A stretch of DNA of 64,000 nucleotides from Candidatus Sericytochromatia bacterium (GTDB taxonomy: Bacteria; Cyanobacteriota; Sericytochromatia; S15B-MN24; VGJW01), in assembly GCA_035285865.1 (NCBI GenBank), contig JAYKHS010000030.1, forward strand, positions 64,001 to 128,000, written 5' to 3'. How positions within the stretch are numbered: position 1 is the stretch's first letter; each line of letters starts with the position of its first letter. The notes beneath the pieces were generated by a model. It was not told where the DNA came from, ran no database searches, and saw only the letters and a list, made by a program, of their open reading frames with translations. A program made the position numbers and the translations under genes. Below, one piece after another: positions 35,266 through 44,908 of the stretch.

Positions 35266-35873
35266 TGGCGTTGCTTCCCGTTCTTGCGGCGGTTTTGGCG
35301 CCGTGGGTCGGCGACGGAAGCGTCACCTCATTGTCGGCCTCCGAGAAGGCTCGTCTCGATGCCGGTGAGGTGCTGGTCCAGGTCGAACGGGCCGACGTGC
35401 CCGTCAAGCGCTTTCAGGTCGTCGGGGACATCGAGGCTCCGGCGGCCGAGGTCTGGGATGCCTATACCGACTTCGACCATTACGAGCAGATCTTCGATGT
35501 GACCCGTTGTCGTGTCGAACGCAGGGAGGATTCGGCACTCTACGTCTATTCCTACTTGGCTCTGGTATGGCCCATCGGCCCGAGATGGGTCATCAACGAG
35601 ACCCGACTCGATCGGGATTCGTGGAGGTTCACTTACAAGCGGGTACAGGGCACTTTCCGTAAGTACGAGGGCGAGCTGCAACTCACGGAGCTGGGCCCGA
35701 AGCGCACCCGAGTGAGGTATGCGGCGCGGATCGACCCCGATTTCCCGGCGGTTCCGACCTTCCTGCTGGACTGGGTGCAGTATCGGCAGTTCCCCACGGC
35801 CATTACCCACGTTCGTGATTGGTTGCGGCGCAAGGGTGAAGGGTCGGGCACGGGCGGCCGCCCCAAGGGCTGA
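35265..35873 (+). CDS. SRPBCC/START-fold (polyketide cyclase-like) protein
   Basis: IEAPAAEVWDAYTDFDHY, GTFRKYEG and TRVRY motifs. Confidence 0.85.
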   Translation: MALLPVLAAVLAPWVGDGSVTSLSASEKARLDAGEVLVQVERADVPVKRFQVVGDIEAPAAEVWDAYTDFDHYEQIFDVTRCRVERREDSALYVYSYLALVWPIGPRWVINETRLDRDSWRFTYKRVQGTFRKYEGELQLTELGPKRTRVRYAARIDPDFPAVPTFLLDWVQYRQFPTAITHVRDWLRRKGEGSGTGGRPKG

Positions 35874-35882
35874 AGTCCGGCT

Positions 35883-37328
35883 TCAGTTTGCTGCCGGAGC
35901 CGAGACCACACGTGCGGGGAGCGAGGCCGCAGCCTGGACCTTGGCGGCCCATTCTGCCTTGTCCGGCCGTCCCAACAGTCCGAACATGTAGTTCTTGTAG
36001 GCCTCGACGCCGGGCTGATCCAGGGGATTGATGCCCTCGAGCCAACCCTCGAGCACGGTTGCGATCTCGCAGGTGTACAGGAACTGGCCCAGATGGAAGG
36101 CGTCCAGCGTCGGCAGCGTCCACGTCATGGAGGGACGACCTGCCGCGTGCCATGCCTGCGATGTGCCGAGGCGCGCCATGTCCAGCATCTCCCCGAGGGA
36201 GCGTCCAGCCACGTAGTCGAGCGCGTCACGGTCCGGTGGCGCCACGGCGACGATCGGGTCCGGGGACCACGATGCGACCCGCAGGTGACTGACGACGACG
36301 TTCGGTGCGCCCTCCTGGATCTGCTGGCCACGTGCGTGCAGATCGCGGGTGTTGACCATCGTGAGCGGTACGCGACCGCCGCCTTCCTTGCCGAGGCTCT
36401 CCGAAACCAATTGGTCCACCCATCCCCCGATACCCTCGAGGCCCCGCCCCCAGCATGAGAGCACCGACAGATTGCGACCGGCCCGGCGCGACAGGGTCTG
36501 CAGGACGGCGTGTAGCAGGGCCGGGTGTTCAAGCGGGTCAGACGGGTTCATGCGGGCCACCGACAGTGCGCCTTCGAGAAGCGCTCGGATATCGATGCCA
36601 GCTACGGCAGCGGGCAGGAGGCCGACTGCCGAGAAGACCGAATAGCGTCCACCCACGTCGGCCGGGATGACCCACGATTCGAGGCCTTCAGCTTCTGCCT
36701 GGGCCCGCAGGAGTCCGGAAGAAGGATCCGTGGTCGCCACGATGCGTGCTGCGGCATCATCGCCGTAGACGGCCCGCATGCGTTCCCGTACCATTCGGTA
36801 GGCGACGGCCGTCTCGAGCGTTGTGCCGGACTTCGAGATCACGTTGACGGTCACGTCCTCCGTCACGGAGGCCGGACGGCTGGTCGGCATCAGGTCCAGC
36901 AAGCTGCCTAGCGAGCGGGGGTCGAGATTGTTTCCCTCGAAGAGCATCCGTGGACGGTCTGCGCGGGCCGCACGGTCCAGTTCCTGTCGCCACGGGTGAC
37001 CCAAGGCCTGGATCAGGGCTGCTGCGCCCAGGTAGGACCCCCCGATACCGAGAACGATGTGTCGATCCCCGAGTGCGGCGATTCGGTCGGCCGTCGCCTG
37101 GAGGCGGTCGACTTCCCCGAGCATCGTCGCGGGCAAGTCGAGGAAGCCGAGAAAGTCGTCGCCGCGGCCCCGGCGGGCCCGGAGTGCCTGCCACACGCGT
37201 TCGGCCTCGGGCCTCAACGCCCGGATGGCCTCGTCGTCGATGCCGCAGGCCTCTCCCGCAACTTCCGGGCGCATGCCGGTCCAGTCCAGCGAGAGCCCCA
37301 TTGCGGTCTTTTCCGGTTGGCTGGCCAT
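35883..37328 (-). CDS. pgi: Glucose-6-phosphate isomerase
   Basis: LGIGGSYLG, ISKSGTTLET, VGGRYSV, ESLGKEG and DQPGVEAYK motifs. Confidence 0.96.
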   Translation of the reverse strand: MASQPEKTAMGLSLDWTGMRPEVAGEACGIDDEAIRALRPEAERVWQALRARRGRGDDFLGFLDLPATMLGEVDRLQATADRIAALGDRHIVLGIGGSYLGAAALIQALGHPWRQELDRAARADRPRMLFEGNNLDPRSLGSLLDLMPTSRPASVTEDVTVNVISKSGTTLETAVAYRMVRERMRAVYGDDAAARIVATTDPSSGLLRAQAEAEGLESWVIPADVGGRYSVFSAVGLLPAAVAGIDIRALLEGALSVARMNPSDPLEHPALLHAVLQTLSRRAGRNLSVLSCWGRGLEGIGGWVDQLVSESLGKEGGGRVPLTMVNTRDLHARGQQIQEGAPNVVVSHLRVASWSPDPIVAVAPPDRDALDYVAGRSLGEMLDMARLGTSQAWHAAGRPSMTWTLPTLDAFHLGQFLYTCEIATVLEGWLEGINPLDQPGVEAYKNYMFGLLGRPDKAEWAAKVQAAASLPARVVSAPAAN

Positions 37329-37378
37329 GGGCAGGACTCCTCGTGCGGTAAACTGTCGCGAGGAGGAGTCTAGCAGAC

Positions 37379-38491
37379 GTGACCAAACGCATTGCCGTCC
37401 TTACGGGCGGGGGCGACGCCCCGGGCCTCAACGCCGTCATCCGCGGGGTGGTCAAGACCGCCATCGCCACTTATGGCTGGGAGGTGCTCGGCTGCCGCGA
37501 CGGGGGCGAGGGCATGCTCTCTCGGGACTTCGTGCCGCTGGACCTGAATGCGATTCGTGGTATCGCCGCGCGCGGGGGCACCATCCTGGGGACGACGAAC
37601 CGGGGCAATCCTTTCCGATATCCGGTCAAGGGACCCGATGGCATGACCTTGGTGGATCGCAGTGATGAGGCTGTGGCGAATCTTCGCGAGGCCGGCGTTG
37701 ACGCACTGGTCTGCATCGGCGGGGATGGCGGCTTGCGGATCGCCCACGCCTTTGCCAAGAAGGGTCTGAAGGTCGTGGGCGTGCCGAAGACGATCGACAA
37801 CGATTTGCCGTGCACCGACCAGACCTTCGGCTTCGACACGGCCATCCAGACCGCGACGGAGGCAATCGATCGCCTTGTGACGACGGCCGAAGCGCATCAC
37901 CGCTGCATGGTTGTCGAGGTCATGGGTCGTGACTCGGGCTGGATTGCCCTGCATTGCGGTATCGCGGGTTCGGCCAATGCCGTCCTCCTGCCGGAGATTC
38001 CCTTCGATCTCGCCAAGGTGGCTTCATTCGTCCGTGAGCGAGGCGCGGGTGGCAAGGACTACAGCATTGTCGTGGTGGCCGAGGGGGCCAAGGTGGCTGG
38101 TGAGGACGTGGTGCTGCTTGAGGAGAACGAGGCCGCCGGCATCCGCAGGCTCGGGGGCATCGGCCAACGCGTGGGGGCCTACATCGAACGGGAAACCGGG
38201 GTGGAGACCCGGGTAACGGTGCTGGGCCACGTGCAGCGTGGTGGTTCTCCCTCTTCCCTCGATCGTGTTCTGGCGACGCGTTATGGCGTCGAGGCCGCGC
38301 ACCTGATCGCGCGGGGCCAGTTCGACCACATGGTGGCGCTGCGTGGCCAGGAGATCGTGCCGGTGCCGCTCTCCGAAGCAACCAGTTCGATCAAGACGGT
38401 CGACCCTGAGAGTGCGCTGGTACGCAATGCACGCGACCTCGGGATCTGCTTCGGCGACATCGTCCCGAGCCTGCTCGCGACCCGGGGATGA
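37379..38491 (+). CDS. pfkA: 6-phosphofructokinase
   Basis: TGGGDAPGLN, IGGDG, PKTIDND, EVMGR and LGHVQRGG motifs. Confidence 0.96.
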   Translation: MTKRIAVLTGGGDAPGLNAVIRGVVKTAIATYGWEVLGCRDGGEGMLSRDFVPLDLNAIRGIAARGGTILGTTNRGNPFRYPVKGPDGMTLVDRSDEAVANLREAGVDALVCIGGDGGLRIAHAFAKKGLKVVGVPKTIDNDLPCTDQTFGFDTAIQTATEAIDRLVTTAEAHHRCMVVEVMGRDSGWIALHCGIAGSANAVLLPEIPFDLAKVASFVRERGAGGKDYSIVVVAEGAKVAGEDVVLLEENEAAGIRRLGGIGQRVGAYIERETGVETRVTVLGHVQRGGSPSSLDRVLATRYGVEAAHLIARGQFDHMVALRGQEIVPVPLSEATSSIKTVDPESALVRNARDLGICFGDIVPSLLATRG

Positions 38492-39609
38492 CGCCAAGCG
38501 AACGGCCACTGTCCGGCCTGGCTCGGGATGAGGCTTTCGCGGCCTGGGCCGCCGGCCTCGTTCTTCCCGCACCCCGTCCCGTATCGATCGACGATGCTGC
38601 CGGTTGCGTTCTGGCCGTGCCAGTCGCTGCCCGGCTGCCCGTGCCGTCCCGCGATGAGGCCGCGTGCATGGGGCTGGCCGCGCGGTCGGAGGATCTGGAA
38701 GACCCTCCGGTGCGGCTTCTCGAGGCACCGCGTGCCTCCCGGCGCCTGCCCCGCGGCCACGTCTGTCTCGTGGAGCAGGGGGATAGCCTTCCCGATGGCG
38801 CAGATGTCGTGCTCCCCATGGACTATGTCCGCCCGGAAGGGGATGCGTGGATGGCGCAGGTCGTTCCGTCGGCCGGTGCGTTCGTCCGCCAGGCAGGGGA
38901 AGAGTTGGCTGCCGGAGACCCTGTTCTGGAGGCAGGTGCAAGCCTCACCCCGGAGCGACTTGCACAACTGGCGCGTGCCGGATGGGGCAACCTGCTGGTT
39001 CTCCCTGTACCGCGTGTGGCGACGCTCCTTGTCACCGATCGGTCCGTCGACCCCGCGGCTTGCGATCCGGGTGGTCCTCCCCCCGAGGATCGGGGCCCGT
39101 GGCTGCATGCGATGCTTTCGGCATTCGGTCATCAGCCGCTGCGCCTTGGCTGGGCCCGACCGGATGCCGAGTCCTTGCCCGATCGCGTCGAATCGGCCGC
39201 CGAACTGGCCGACCTGCTTCTGCTGCCTGCGCGTCGGCCGGAGGATGTGGCTCGCCGCCTTCTACCCACACTCGGTTCGGGAGCCCTCGTCCTCGACTTG
39301 CCAGGGGAGGCAGGGCCTGCCTGGGTCGTTCGCTCCGGGGAACGTCGCATCCTCGTGGCCCCTCTGGATCCGTGGGGCTTGGCCGCTGCCTTGCACCTGC
39401 TGGCCATGCCGATGCTCCGGCGACTGGCCGGCAGGGATGATGGGTCCCGGCAAGCACTGCCTGCCGATGACGAGCCGTTGCTACCTCCGGGGCCGTGGTG
39501 GCCGTGCCGTCTCGAAGGAGACGCTTGGGTGCCCTTGGAACTGGGTGAGGCGCCGCTTGCGGACGGATGGCTGCATCCGGACCGCAGACTGATTTGCTGT
39601 TGTGGTTAG
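38488..39609 (+). CDS. MoeA-like protein with degenerate motifs
   Basis: AAGCVLA, LPDGADVVLPMD, VRQAGEEL and PRVATL match the MoeA fold; DGYA, TGDEL and SGG motifs are lost. Confidence 0.7.
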   Translation: MTPSERPLSGLARDEAFAAWAAGLVLPAPRPVSIDDAAGCVLAVPVAARLPVPSRDEAACMGLAARSEDLEDPPVRLLEAPRASRRLPRGHVCLVEQGDSLPDGADVVLPMDYVRPEGDAWMAQVVPSAGAFVRQAGEELAAGDPVLEAGASLTPERLAQLARAGWGNLLVLPVPRVATLLVTDRSVDPAACDPGGPPPEDRGPWLHAMLSAFGHQPLRLGWARPDAESLPDRVESAAELADLLLLPARRPEDVARRLLPTLGSGALVLDLPGEAGPAWVVRSGERRILVAPLDPWGLAAALHLLAMPMLRRLAGRDDGSRQALPADDEPLLPPGPWWPCRLEGDAWVPLELGEAPLADGWLHPDRRLICCCG

Positions 39610-39620
39610 GGACGGGTTAA
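39606..39620. promoter_or_regulatory. TTAA-N7-TTAA-like box
   Basis: TTAG-ggacggg-TTAA upstream of the hypothetical gene at 39757. Confidence 0.4.
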
Positions 39621-39756
39621 ATCTGTTCATTTGCCGTCAAGAATCCCTCGCGAAGGAGCATTTCCGCGCAACCTCTTGCCTGATTTGGGGCACGATACAT
39701 GCAGAGGACATATTCAGGTCCGAGCTTTGCTCTCCTTTCCCCCCGAGGAGTTTTCC

Positions 39757-40758
39757 ATGCCCAAGATCGAGCGCCCCGAGGGGCCGCAGCCCAAGCCGAA
39801 GTCTTCCAAGCCGCCCAAGGGCGCGGTTCCTGTCGAGAAAGCCCCCAAGCCCTCGACTGGCGAGAAGGTCCACATCTCGCCTGAGGCACGGGATCCGAAC
39901 CGCGCCGGCGCGTTGATCAAGTTGCTCGCCGGCACCTTGCAGGCGCGTGATGCCGCGGAAGCCGCGAAGGCCGAGATGGCGCGTCGCGACTCTGCCGACA
40001 AGGCCAGGGGCGAGGCGGGCAAAGCATTTGCCGACGCCACGCGTGCGGCCCGGGGATTGCTGTCAGTGGCTGAGGCCAAGGCGACCGGGCTTGTGGAGCG
40101 TCGCGCCAAGACGGGTGAGGCGGCAACACGGCTGGAAGAAGCCGCGAAGCGGATGCCTGAGTTGGATCCCTCGGCACAGGCTGCGTCTGCCGATGTCCTC
40201 GAGCGTCTGAATGCCCGGGTCGATGAGCTCAAGGGCCGCATTGCCGTCGAGGAGAAGGCTGTATCGGAGGCCACGGCAAAGCTGGCTGCGGATCGCAAGA
40301 CGCTGGATGAGGCTCTGGGCAAGGCGAAGGACGAGAAGGCGCTGGGCCGCGCCCTCCGCAGCCTGACCGAGGCTTATGGTGATCTCGATGCCCGGGTCAA
40401 GGACCTGCCGCCGGATTCCGCCAAGGAGATCCGCAAGGAGGCCGAGACCCTGCGCAAGGTGATTCACCGAGCCATGGTGGCCCACTCCGACAAGTCTTCC
40501 GTCTCCGAGCCGGATAATGCCTATCTCTTCGGGCGGCCGGGCAAGGCGTTCAAAGAGCACCTGCGTCCGGTCGAGGACTGGCTGGCCAGCCCTGCAGGTC
40601 CGGTGTCGGCGGACAAGCGTCGTGAGATGGTCGAGCATCTTCAGGAGCTCGACGAGGCGCTGTCGGATGTCCAGGATCCCTTGCTCAAACAGGCGGCTTC
40701 GGAAGTGGTTGCGGACATCAGCGCCAAAGCCTTCGCCCGTCTTTCCGGCGCCCAGTAG
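39757..40758 (+). CDS. Hypothetical helical/coiled-coil protein
   Basis: GAGGAG RBS; Pro/Lys-rich N-terminus, then Ala/Glu/Lys-rich helices. Confidence 0.75.
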   Translation: MPKIERPEGPQPKPKSSKPPKGAVPVEKAPKPSTGEKVHISPEARDPNRAGALIKLLAGTLQARDAAEAAKAEMARRDSADKARGEAGKAFADATRAARGLLSVAEAKATGLVERRAKTGEAATRLEEAAKRMPELDPSAQAASADVLERLNARVDELKGRIAVEEKAVSEATAKLAADRKTLDEALGKAKDEKALGRALRSLTEAYGDLDARVKDLPPDSAKEIRKEAETLRKVIHRAMVAHSDKSSVSEPDNAYLFGRPGKAFKEHLRPVEDWLASPAGPVSADKRREMVEHLQELDEALSDVQDPLLKQAASEVVADISAKAFARLSGAQ

Positions 40759-40759
40759 C

Positions 40760-41695
40760 TCAGCCGCGCCAGAATCCGCGCTGGCGTATCAACCTTAGTG
40801 CACGTTCGAAGTCCTCCGGAAGGGGGGCTTCGAATTGCATGGGCCGGCCGTCCGAGGGATGGGCGAAGGCCAGACGTGCGGCGTGCAGCAGTTGGCCTTC
40901 GAGGCGCATGGGGCTCGAACGCCCGGCAGGACCATAGATCGGGTCGCCCACGACCGGGTATCCGAGGCTGGCGAGGTGGACGCGAATCTGGTGCGTCCTT
41001 CCCGTGTCGAGGTTCAACTCCAGCAGGCTGGCGTCCCGCCAGCTTTCCAGTGTCACGTAGTGGGTGATGGCAGCCTTGCCGCCAGCGACGACGGCGAAGC
41101 GCTTGCGATCCGTCGGATGGCGCCCAATCGGCCTGTCGATGGTGCCGCTCTCGGGATAGGGTCTGCCGTGCACCAGTGCCAGGTAGGTGCGCTTGATTCG
41201 GCGCTCCTGCATCGCCTTGCCGAGCGCGGCGTGGGCGACATCATGCTTGGCTACGACCAAGAGGCCTGTGGTGTCCTTGTCCAGACGGTGCACGATCCCG
41301 GGTCTCAGCGTGCCGCCGATGCCGGAAAGGCCATCGAGGGCATGAAGCAGGCCATGGACAAGGGTGCCCTCCCAGGAACCGGGCGCCGGATGCGTGGCCA
41401 TGCCTCTCGGCTTGGCCACCACGGCCAGCGCGTCATCCTGATGCAGGATGTCCAACGAGAGGTCTGCGGGTTGTACCGAGTAGGGGCGGACCTCGGGCAG
41501 GCTGGCAGCCAGATGCTCCCCGCCCTTGAGCCGCAGGCCTGCCTTGGCGGGCAGGCCATCGACCTGCACGCGCCCTTCCGTGATCAGGGTCTGGATGCGG
41601 GCGCGCGACCAATCGGGCAGGAGGCCAGCAAGATGAACGTCGAGCCTGGTACCGGCAGCGGATGCAGGCACCAGGCTCTCGATATCCGGGATCAA
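40760..41695 (-). CDS. rluD: RluA-family 23S rRNA pseudouridine synthase
   Basis: S4 domain; RPGIVHRLDKDTTGL, TGRTHQIRVH and GDPIY motifs. Confidence 0.95.
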   Translation of the reverse strand: MIPDIESLVPASAAGTRLDVHLAGLLPDWSRARIQTLITEGRVQVDGLPAKAGLRLKGGEHLAASLPEVRPYSVQPADLSLDILHQDDALAVVAKPRGMATHPAPGSWEGTLVHGLLHALDGLSGIGGTLRPGIVHRLDKDTTGLLVVAKHDVAHAALGKAMQERRIKRTYLALVHGRPYPESGTIDRPIGRHPTDRKRFAVVAGGKAAITHYVTLESWRDASLLELNLDTGRTHQIRVHLASLGYPVVGDPIYGPAGRSSPMRLEGQLLHAARLAFAHPSDGRPMQFEAPLPEDFERALRLIRQRGFWRG

Positions 41696-44073
41696 CCCTC
41701 GGTCGGACGGCGACCGCGACCCGGAATCACGGCTTTGGCCTTGGCAACCAGCGAACCCAGCTTGCTGGCCGGTTCGGCCGCCTCGGGGGCACCAGCCTCG
41801 GCAACGGCTTCGGGTGCGTCCGCGGCTGCCAGACGGCGCGTGCCGCGACGCGGCTTGGGCTTCTCGGAAGGCGCGGGTTCGCCCGCTTCGGTCTCGACGA
41901 CCTCCGGGTTGTCCGCGGCACCAACGTCCTGCGCCGGTGCGACCTCGGCCACGATGGCCGGATTTTCCTCAGGCACCGTCTCAGGAGCCGGCGTGACGGC
42001 TTCCGGTTCCTGTCCGACCGGCACCATCTGCATGATGCCGGGGGCAACCTCGCGCATCACCATCTGGGGACGACTGCCCAAGGCGCGAGGCCTGTAGGGT
42101 TCCGTGCGCGTCACGGGGCCGACGACGGGCCGCGGAGGCGTCAGGCCCTTGGGAAGCTTGGGCGCTCCCTTGTCATCCGTTGCCTGGGCCGCGACGGGAG
42201 TCGGCGTGGGTGCAGGAGGCTGGGGTGAAGGAGTTGCCACGACGGCAGGCGCAGCCTCGGCGACGGGCCGGGCAAAGCCCGAGCCCGGGCGAACGCCCGG
42301 CCGGACAAAGGCAGGTGCGTCTTCGGGGCGGTCGCGACCTTCGGTTGTCTGACCTTCCTGACGCTCTCCATCCCGGTCATGGCCGCGGTCTCCCCGACCA
42401 CGTCCACGACGCCGACGACGGCGCCCGCGACGCTCGCCGGAATCTCCTCCGAACGCAGAGCCACCGCGGTCGTCGGACTCTTCGTCATCGTCCTCGGTTC
42501 CGGTTCCCGCGTCGTCGTCCTCGAAGGTCATGACCTCGACGATGGGCGACTGTGCGTCCTCGTCACCTTCGGTGCCATCACCGTCCTCGCCGTCGTCATC
42601 CTGGGAGCGCTCGTCGCGTCCGCGTCCACGGCCGCCGCGGCGACGGCGCCGACGGCGGCGCCCGCCTTCGCGCTCCTCGCCTTCATCCATTCGGGGCGCA
42701 CGCTCCACGGACGTGGACCCACCCGCGGACGCCCCGTCCACAACCTCGAAGGAACCGGTATCGCCAAGTGCTGCACCCAGCAGGTCCTCGGCCTGGAGGC
42801 CTTCTTCGTCTTCGGCGGCGATTTCCGCAGCCACCGACGGCATGACGCCGCCGACCCGGAACACGTCATTGCGTTGCCGGCCTGCACCCTTGCAGGAGTT
42901 GCAGGAGCTCGTGAGTTGCTCGACCAGGCTCTGGCCCTGTCGACGACGGGCGACCTCGATGAGGCCGTGTTCCGAGAAAGACTCGGAGATCTGCGGACGG
43001 CTCTTGTCCGGACGCAGGGCATCCTCGAGGGCCCGTTGGACCTTCTGGCGGTCCTGCGCATAGTCCATGCTGATGAAGTCGATGATGATGATGCCACCGA
43101 TGTCGCGCAGACGAATCTGACGGGCAATCTCCTGAGCAGCCTCGAGGTTGGTCCGGAGCACGGTGTCCTGCAGGCTCTTGCTGCTTGTCAGGCGCCCCGA
43201 GTTGACGTCGATGACGGTCAGGGCCTCGGTGAGTTCGATGACGATGGAGCCGCCCGACGGGAGTCGAACGGTTTTCTGGATGGCCTGTTCGAGCTCGTGG
43301 CCGATGCGGTAGGCGGCCATGATGTCCTTGCCGCGGTGCAGTTCGAGCCTGCCGACCATGTCGGGCATCCAGTCCTGCAGGATGGTCCGGGCCTTGGCAA
43401 AGCCTTCCTCGGTATCGATGACCAGCTTGTCGATGTCTGCCGAGACCCAATCGCGGATGACGCGGGTGATGAGATCCTGATCCCGGTGGAGCAGTGCCGG
43501 CGAGGGCCGGGTCTGGGCCTCATGAAGGATGGCTGCCCAGCGTTCGATCAGTTCGTCGACATCCTTGCGCAGTTCCTCTTCCGAGGCTCCGATCGCTTCC
43601 GTTCTGACGATGAGACCGTGGCCGGGATCCTTCAGGCTGGTCGCGATACGCTTGAGGCGATCCCGTTCCTTGCCTTCGGTGATGCGGCGCGAGATGCAGA
43701 CCCTGTTGTCGTGGGGCACGAAGACAAGGAATCGGCCCGGCACGGAGATTCGGCCCGACAGGCGCGCACCTTTGGTGCCCGTCGGGGCTTTGGCGATCTG
43801 GACCAGGACGCGTTGGCCCGCCTCGATGGGCTTCTGCTTGCCGTGCCGGCGGTTGTGCTCGGCGGGCATGTCCGCGGTATGGATGAAGCCGTTCTTGTCG
43901 TGCCCGATGTCTATGAACATCGCCTCGATGGCCGGGACGATGGACTCGACGCGACCCAGGATGATGTCGCCGACGAACTGGTCGCCCTGCCGCATGATGA
44001 ACTCTGCGGCCTTGTTGCCCTCGAAGACGACGGCGAGATTGTTGTTCTCGCTGATGACAATCTGCTTGCTCAC
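41692..44073 (-). CDS. rne: Ribonuclease E (Rne/Rng family)
   Basis: KAPTGTKGARLS, LTVIDVNSG, LRDIGGIIIIDFI, CNSC Zn-link; disordered acidic/Arg-rich C-terminal half; AAGGAGG RBS. Confidence 0.95.
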   Translation of the reverse strand: MSKQIVISENNNLAVVFEGNKAAEFIMRQGDQFVGDIILGRVESIVPAIEAMFIDIGHDKNGFIHTADMPAEHNRRHGKQKPIEAGQRVLVQIAKAPTGTKGARLSGRISVPGRFLVFVPHDNRVCISRRITEGKERDRLKRIATSLKDPGHGLIVRTEAIGASEEELRKDVDELIERWAAILHEAQTRPSPALLHRDQDLITRVIRDWVSADIDKLVIDTEEGFAKARTILQDWMPDMVGRLELHRGKDIMAAYRIGHELEQAIQKTVRLPSGGSIVIELTEALTVIDVNSGRLTSSKSLQDTVLRTNLEAAQEIARQIRLRDIGGIIIIDFISMDYAQDRQKVQRALEDALRPDKSRPQISESFSEHGLIEVARRRQGQSLVEQLTSSCNSCKGAGRQRNDVFRVGGVMPSVAAEIAAEDEEGLQAEDLLGAALGDTGSFEVVDGASAGGSTSVERAPRMDEGEEREGGRRRRRRRRGGRGRGRDERSQDDDGEDGDGTEGDEDAQSPIVEVMTFEDDDAGTGTEDDDEESDDRGGSAFGGDSGERRGRRRRRRGRGRGDRGHDRDGERQEGQTTEGRDRPEDAPAFVRPGVRPGSGFARPVAEAAPAVVATPSPQPPAPTPTPVAAQATDDKGAPKLPKGLTPPRPVVGPVTRTEPYRPRALGSRPQMVMREVAPGIMQMVPVGQEPEAVTPAPETVPEENPAIVAEVAPAQDVGAADNPEVVETEAGEPAPSEKPKPRRGTRRLAAADAPEAVAEAGAPEAAEPASKLGSLVAKAKAVIPGRGRRPTEG

Positions 44074-44328
44074 ACGGCCTCCTTAGGCTGCGCGCGACCC
44101 AGCGGACACCTCGCGGTGACAACGGGATGCCGATCCGGGCCTCTGAGGCCAAGGTCGGGCCGACCGTTGTTGCAAGGCGCCTTGAAGAATGGGTCTGGAC
44201 CCTCGACGGTCGCGACCGCGGCTTTGTGGTGCCGACGTCCAGCGGACCGTGTGTTCGGGTGGGTGGATGGGTTTGGGGGTCTTCGCGCCGGATGTTCCGG
44301 TCAGGAACCGCACCGTAAGACCATGGGC

Positions 44329-44357
44329 ACGTTAACACCGCCCATGGGGCCTGTCAA
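44329..44357 (-). promoter_or_regulatory. Sigma70-type promoter of rne
   Basis: TTGACA-17 nt-TAACGT with an extended TG, implying a leader of about 250 nt. Confidence 0.6.
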
Positions 44358-44389
44358 GAATGGCGCATGCCCCGTACACTGGACGCAGC

Positions 44390-44908
44390 ATGCGGATCAT
44401 GGGCATCGACCCCGGCCTGGCCACGGTCGGCTATGGCGTGATTGACGCCTCGCGGCCGCGACAGCCGACGTGCGTGGCAGCCGGAGCCGTCGTGACGGCC
44501 CGCGACCTCCCGATCGCCGAGCGCCTGCTCGAGATTCAGCGCGACCTCGATGGCCTGCTGGCCGAGTATCAGCCTGATGAGGTGGCCGTTGAGGATCTGT
44601 TCTTCGTCAACAACATCACCACGGGCATGCAGGTGGCCATGGCGCGCGGATGCATTCTGGCCACGCTCGCCGCACGCGGCCTTGCGGTGCACGCCTATGT
44701 GCCGATGGCCGTGAAACAGGCCGTGACGGGTTCGGGGCGGGCGCCCAAGCGCGAGGTCCAGGAGGCCGTGCGGCACTTGCTTTGCCTCGATCGGGTCCCG
44801 CGACCGGATGATGCGGCCGATGCGCTTGCGGTGGCCCTGTGTCACCAGCAGCATCGCGGCCTGCGCAACATGGTCCCGGGGCGAGCGGAGGGGGCTCGAG
44901 GCCGATGA
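44390..44908 (+). CDS. ruvC: Crossover junction endodeoxyribonuclease RuvC
   Basis: MGIDPG, VEDLFF, VKQAVTGSGRAPK and PDDAADALAVA motifs. Confidence 0.96.
   Translation: MRIMGIDPGLATVGYGVIDASRPRQPTCVAAGAVVTARDLPIAERLLEIQRDLDGLLAEYQPDEVAVEDLFFVNNITTGMQVAMARGCILATLAARGLAVHAYVPMAVKQAVTGSGRAPKREVQEAVRHLLCLDRVPRPDDAADALAVALCHQQHRGLRNMVPGRAEGARGR

Noticed and set aside
42379..44445. Long antisense ORFs (also 62438-63895, 59677-60843, 19612-20940, 48372-49586)
   Set aside because: These are shadows of well-supported genes caused by high GC3 codon bias, with no recognisable motifs.
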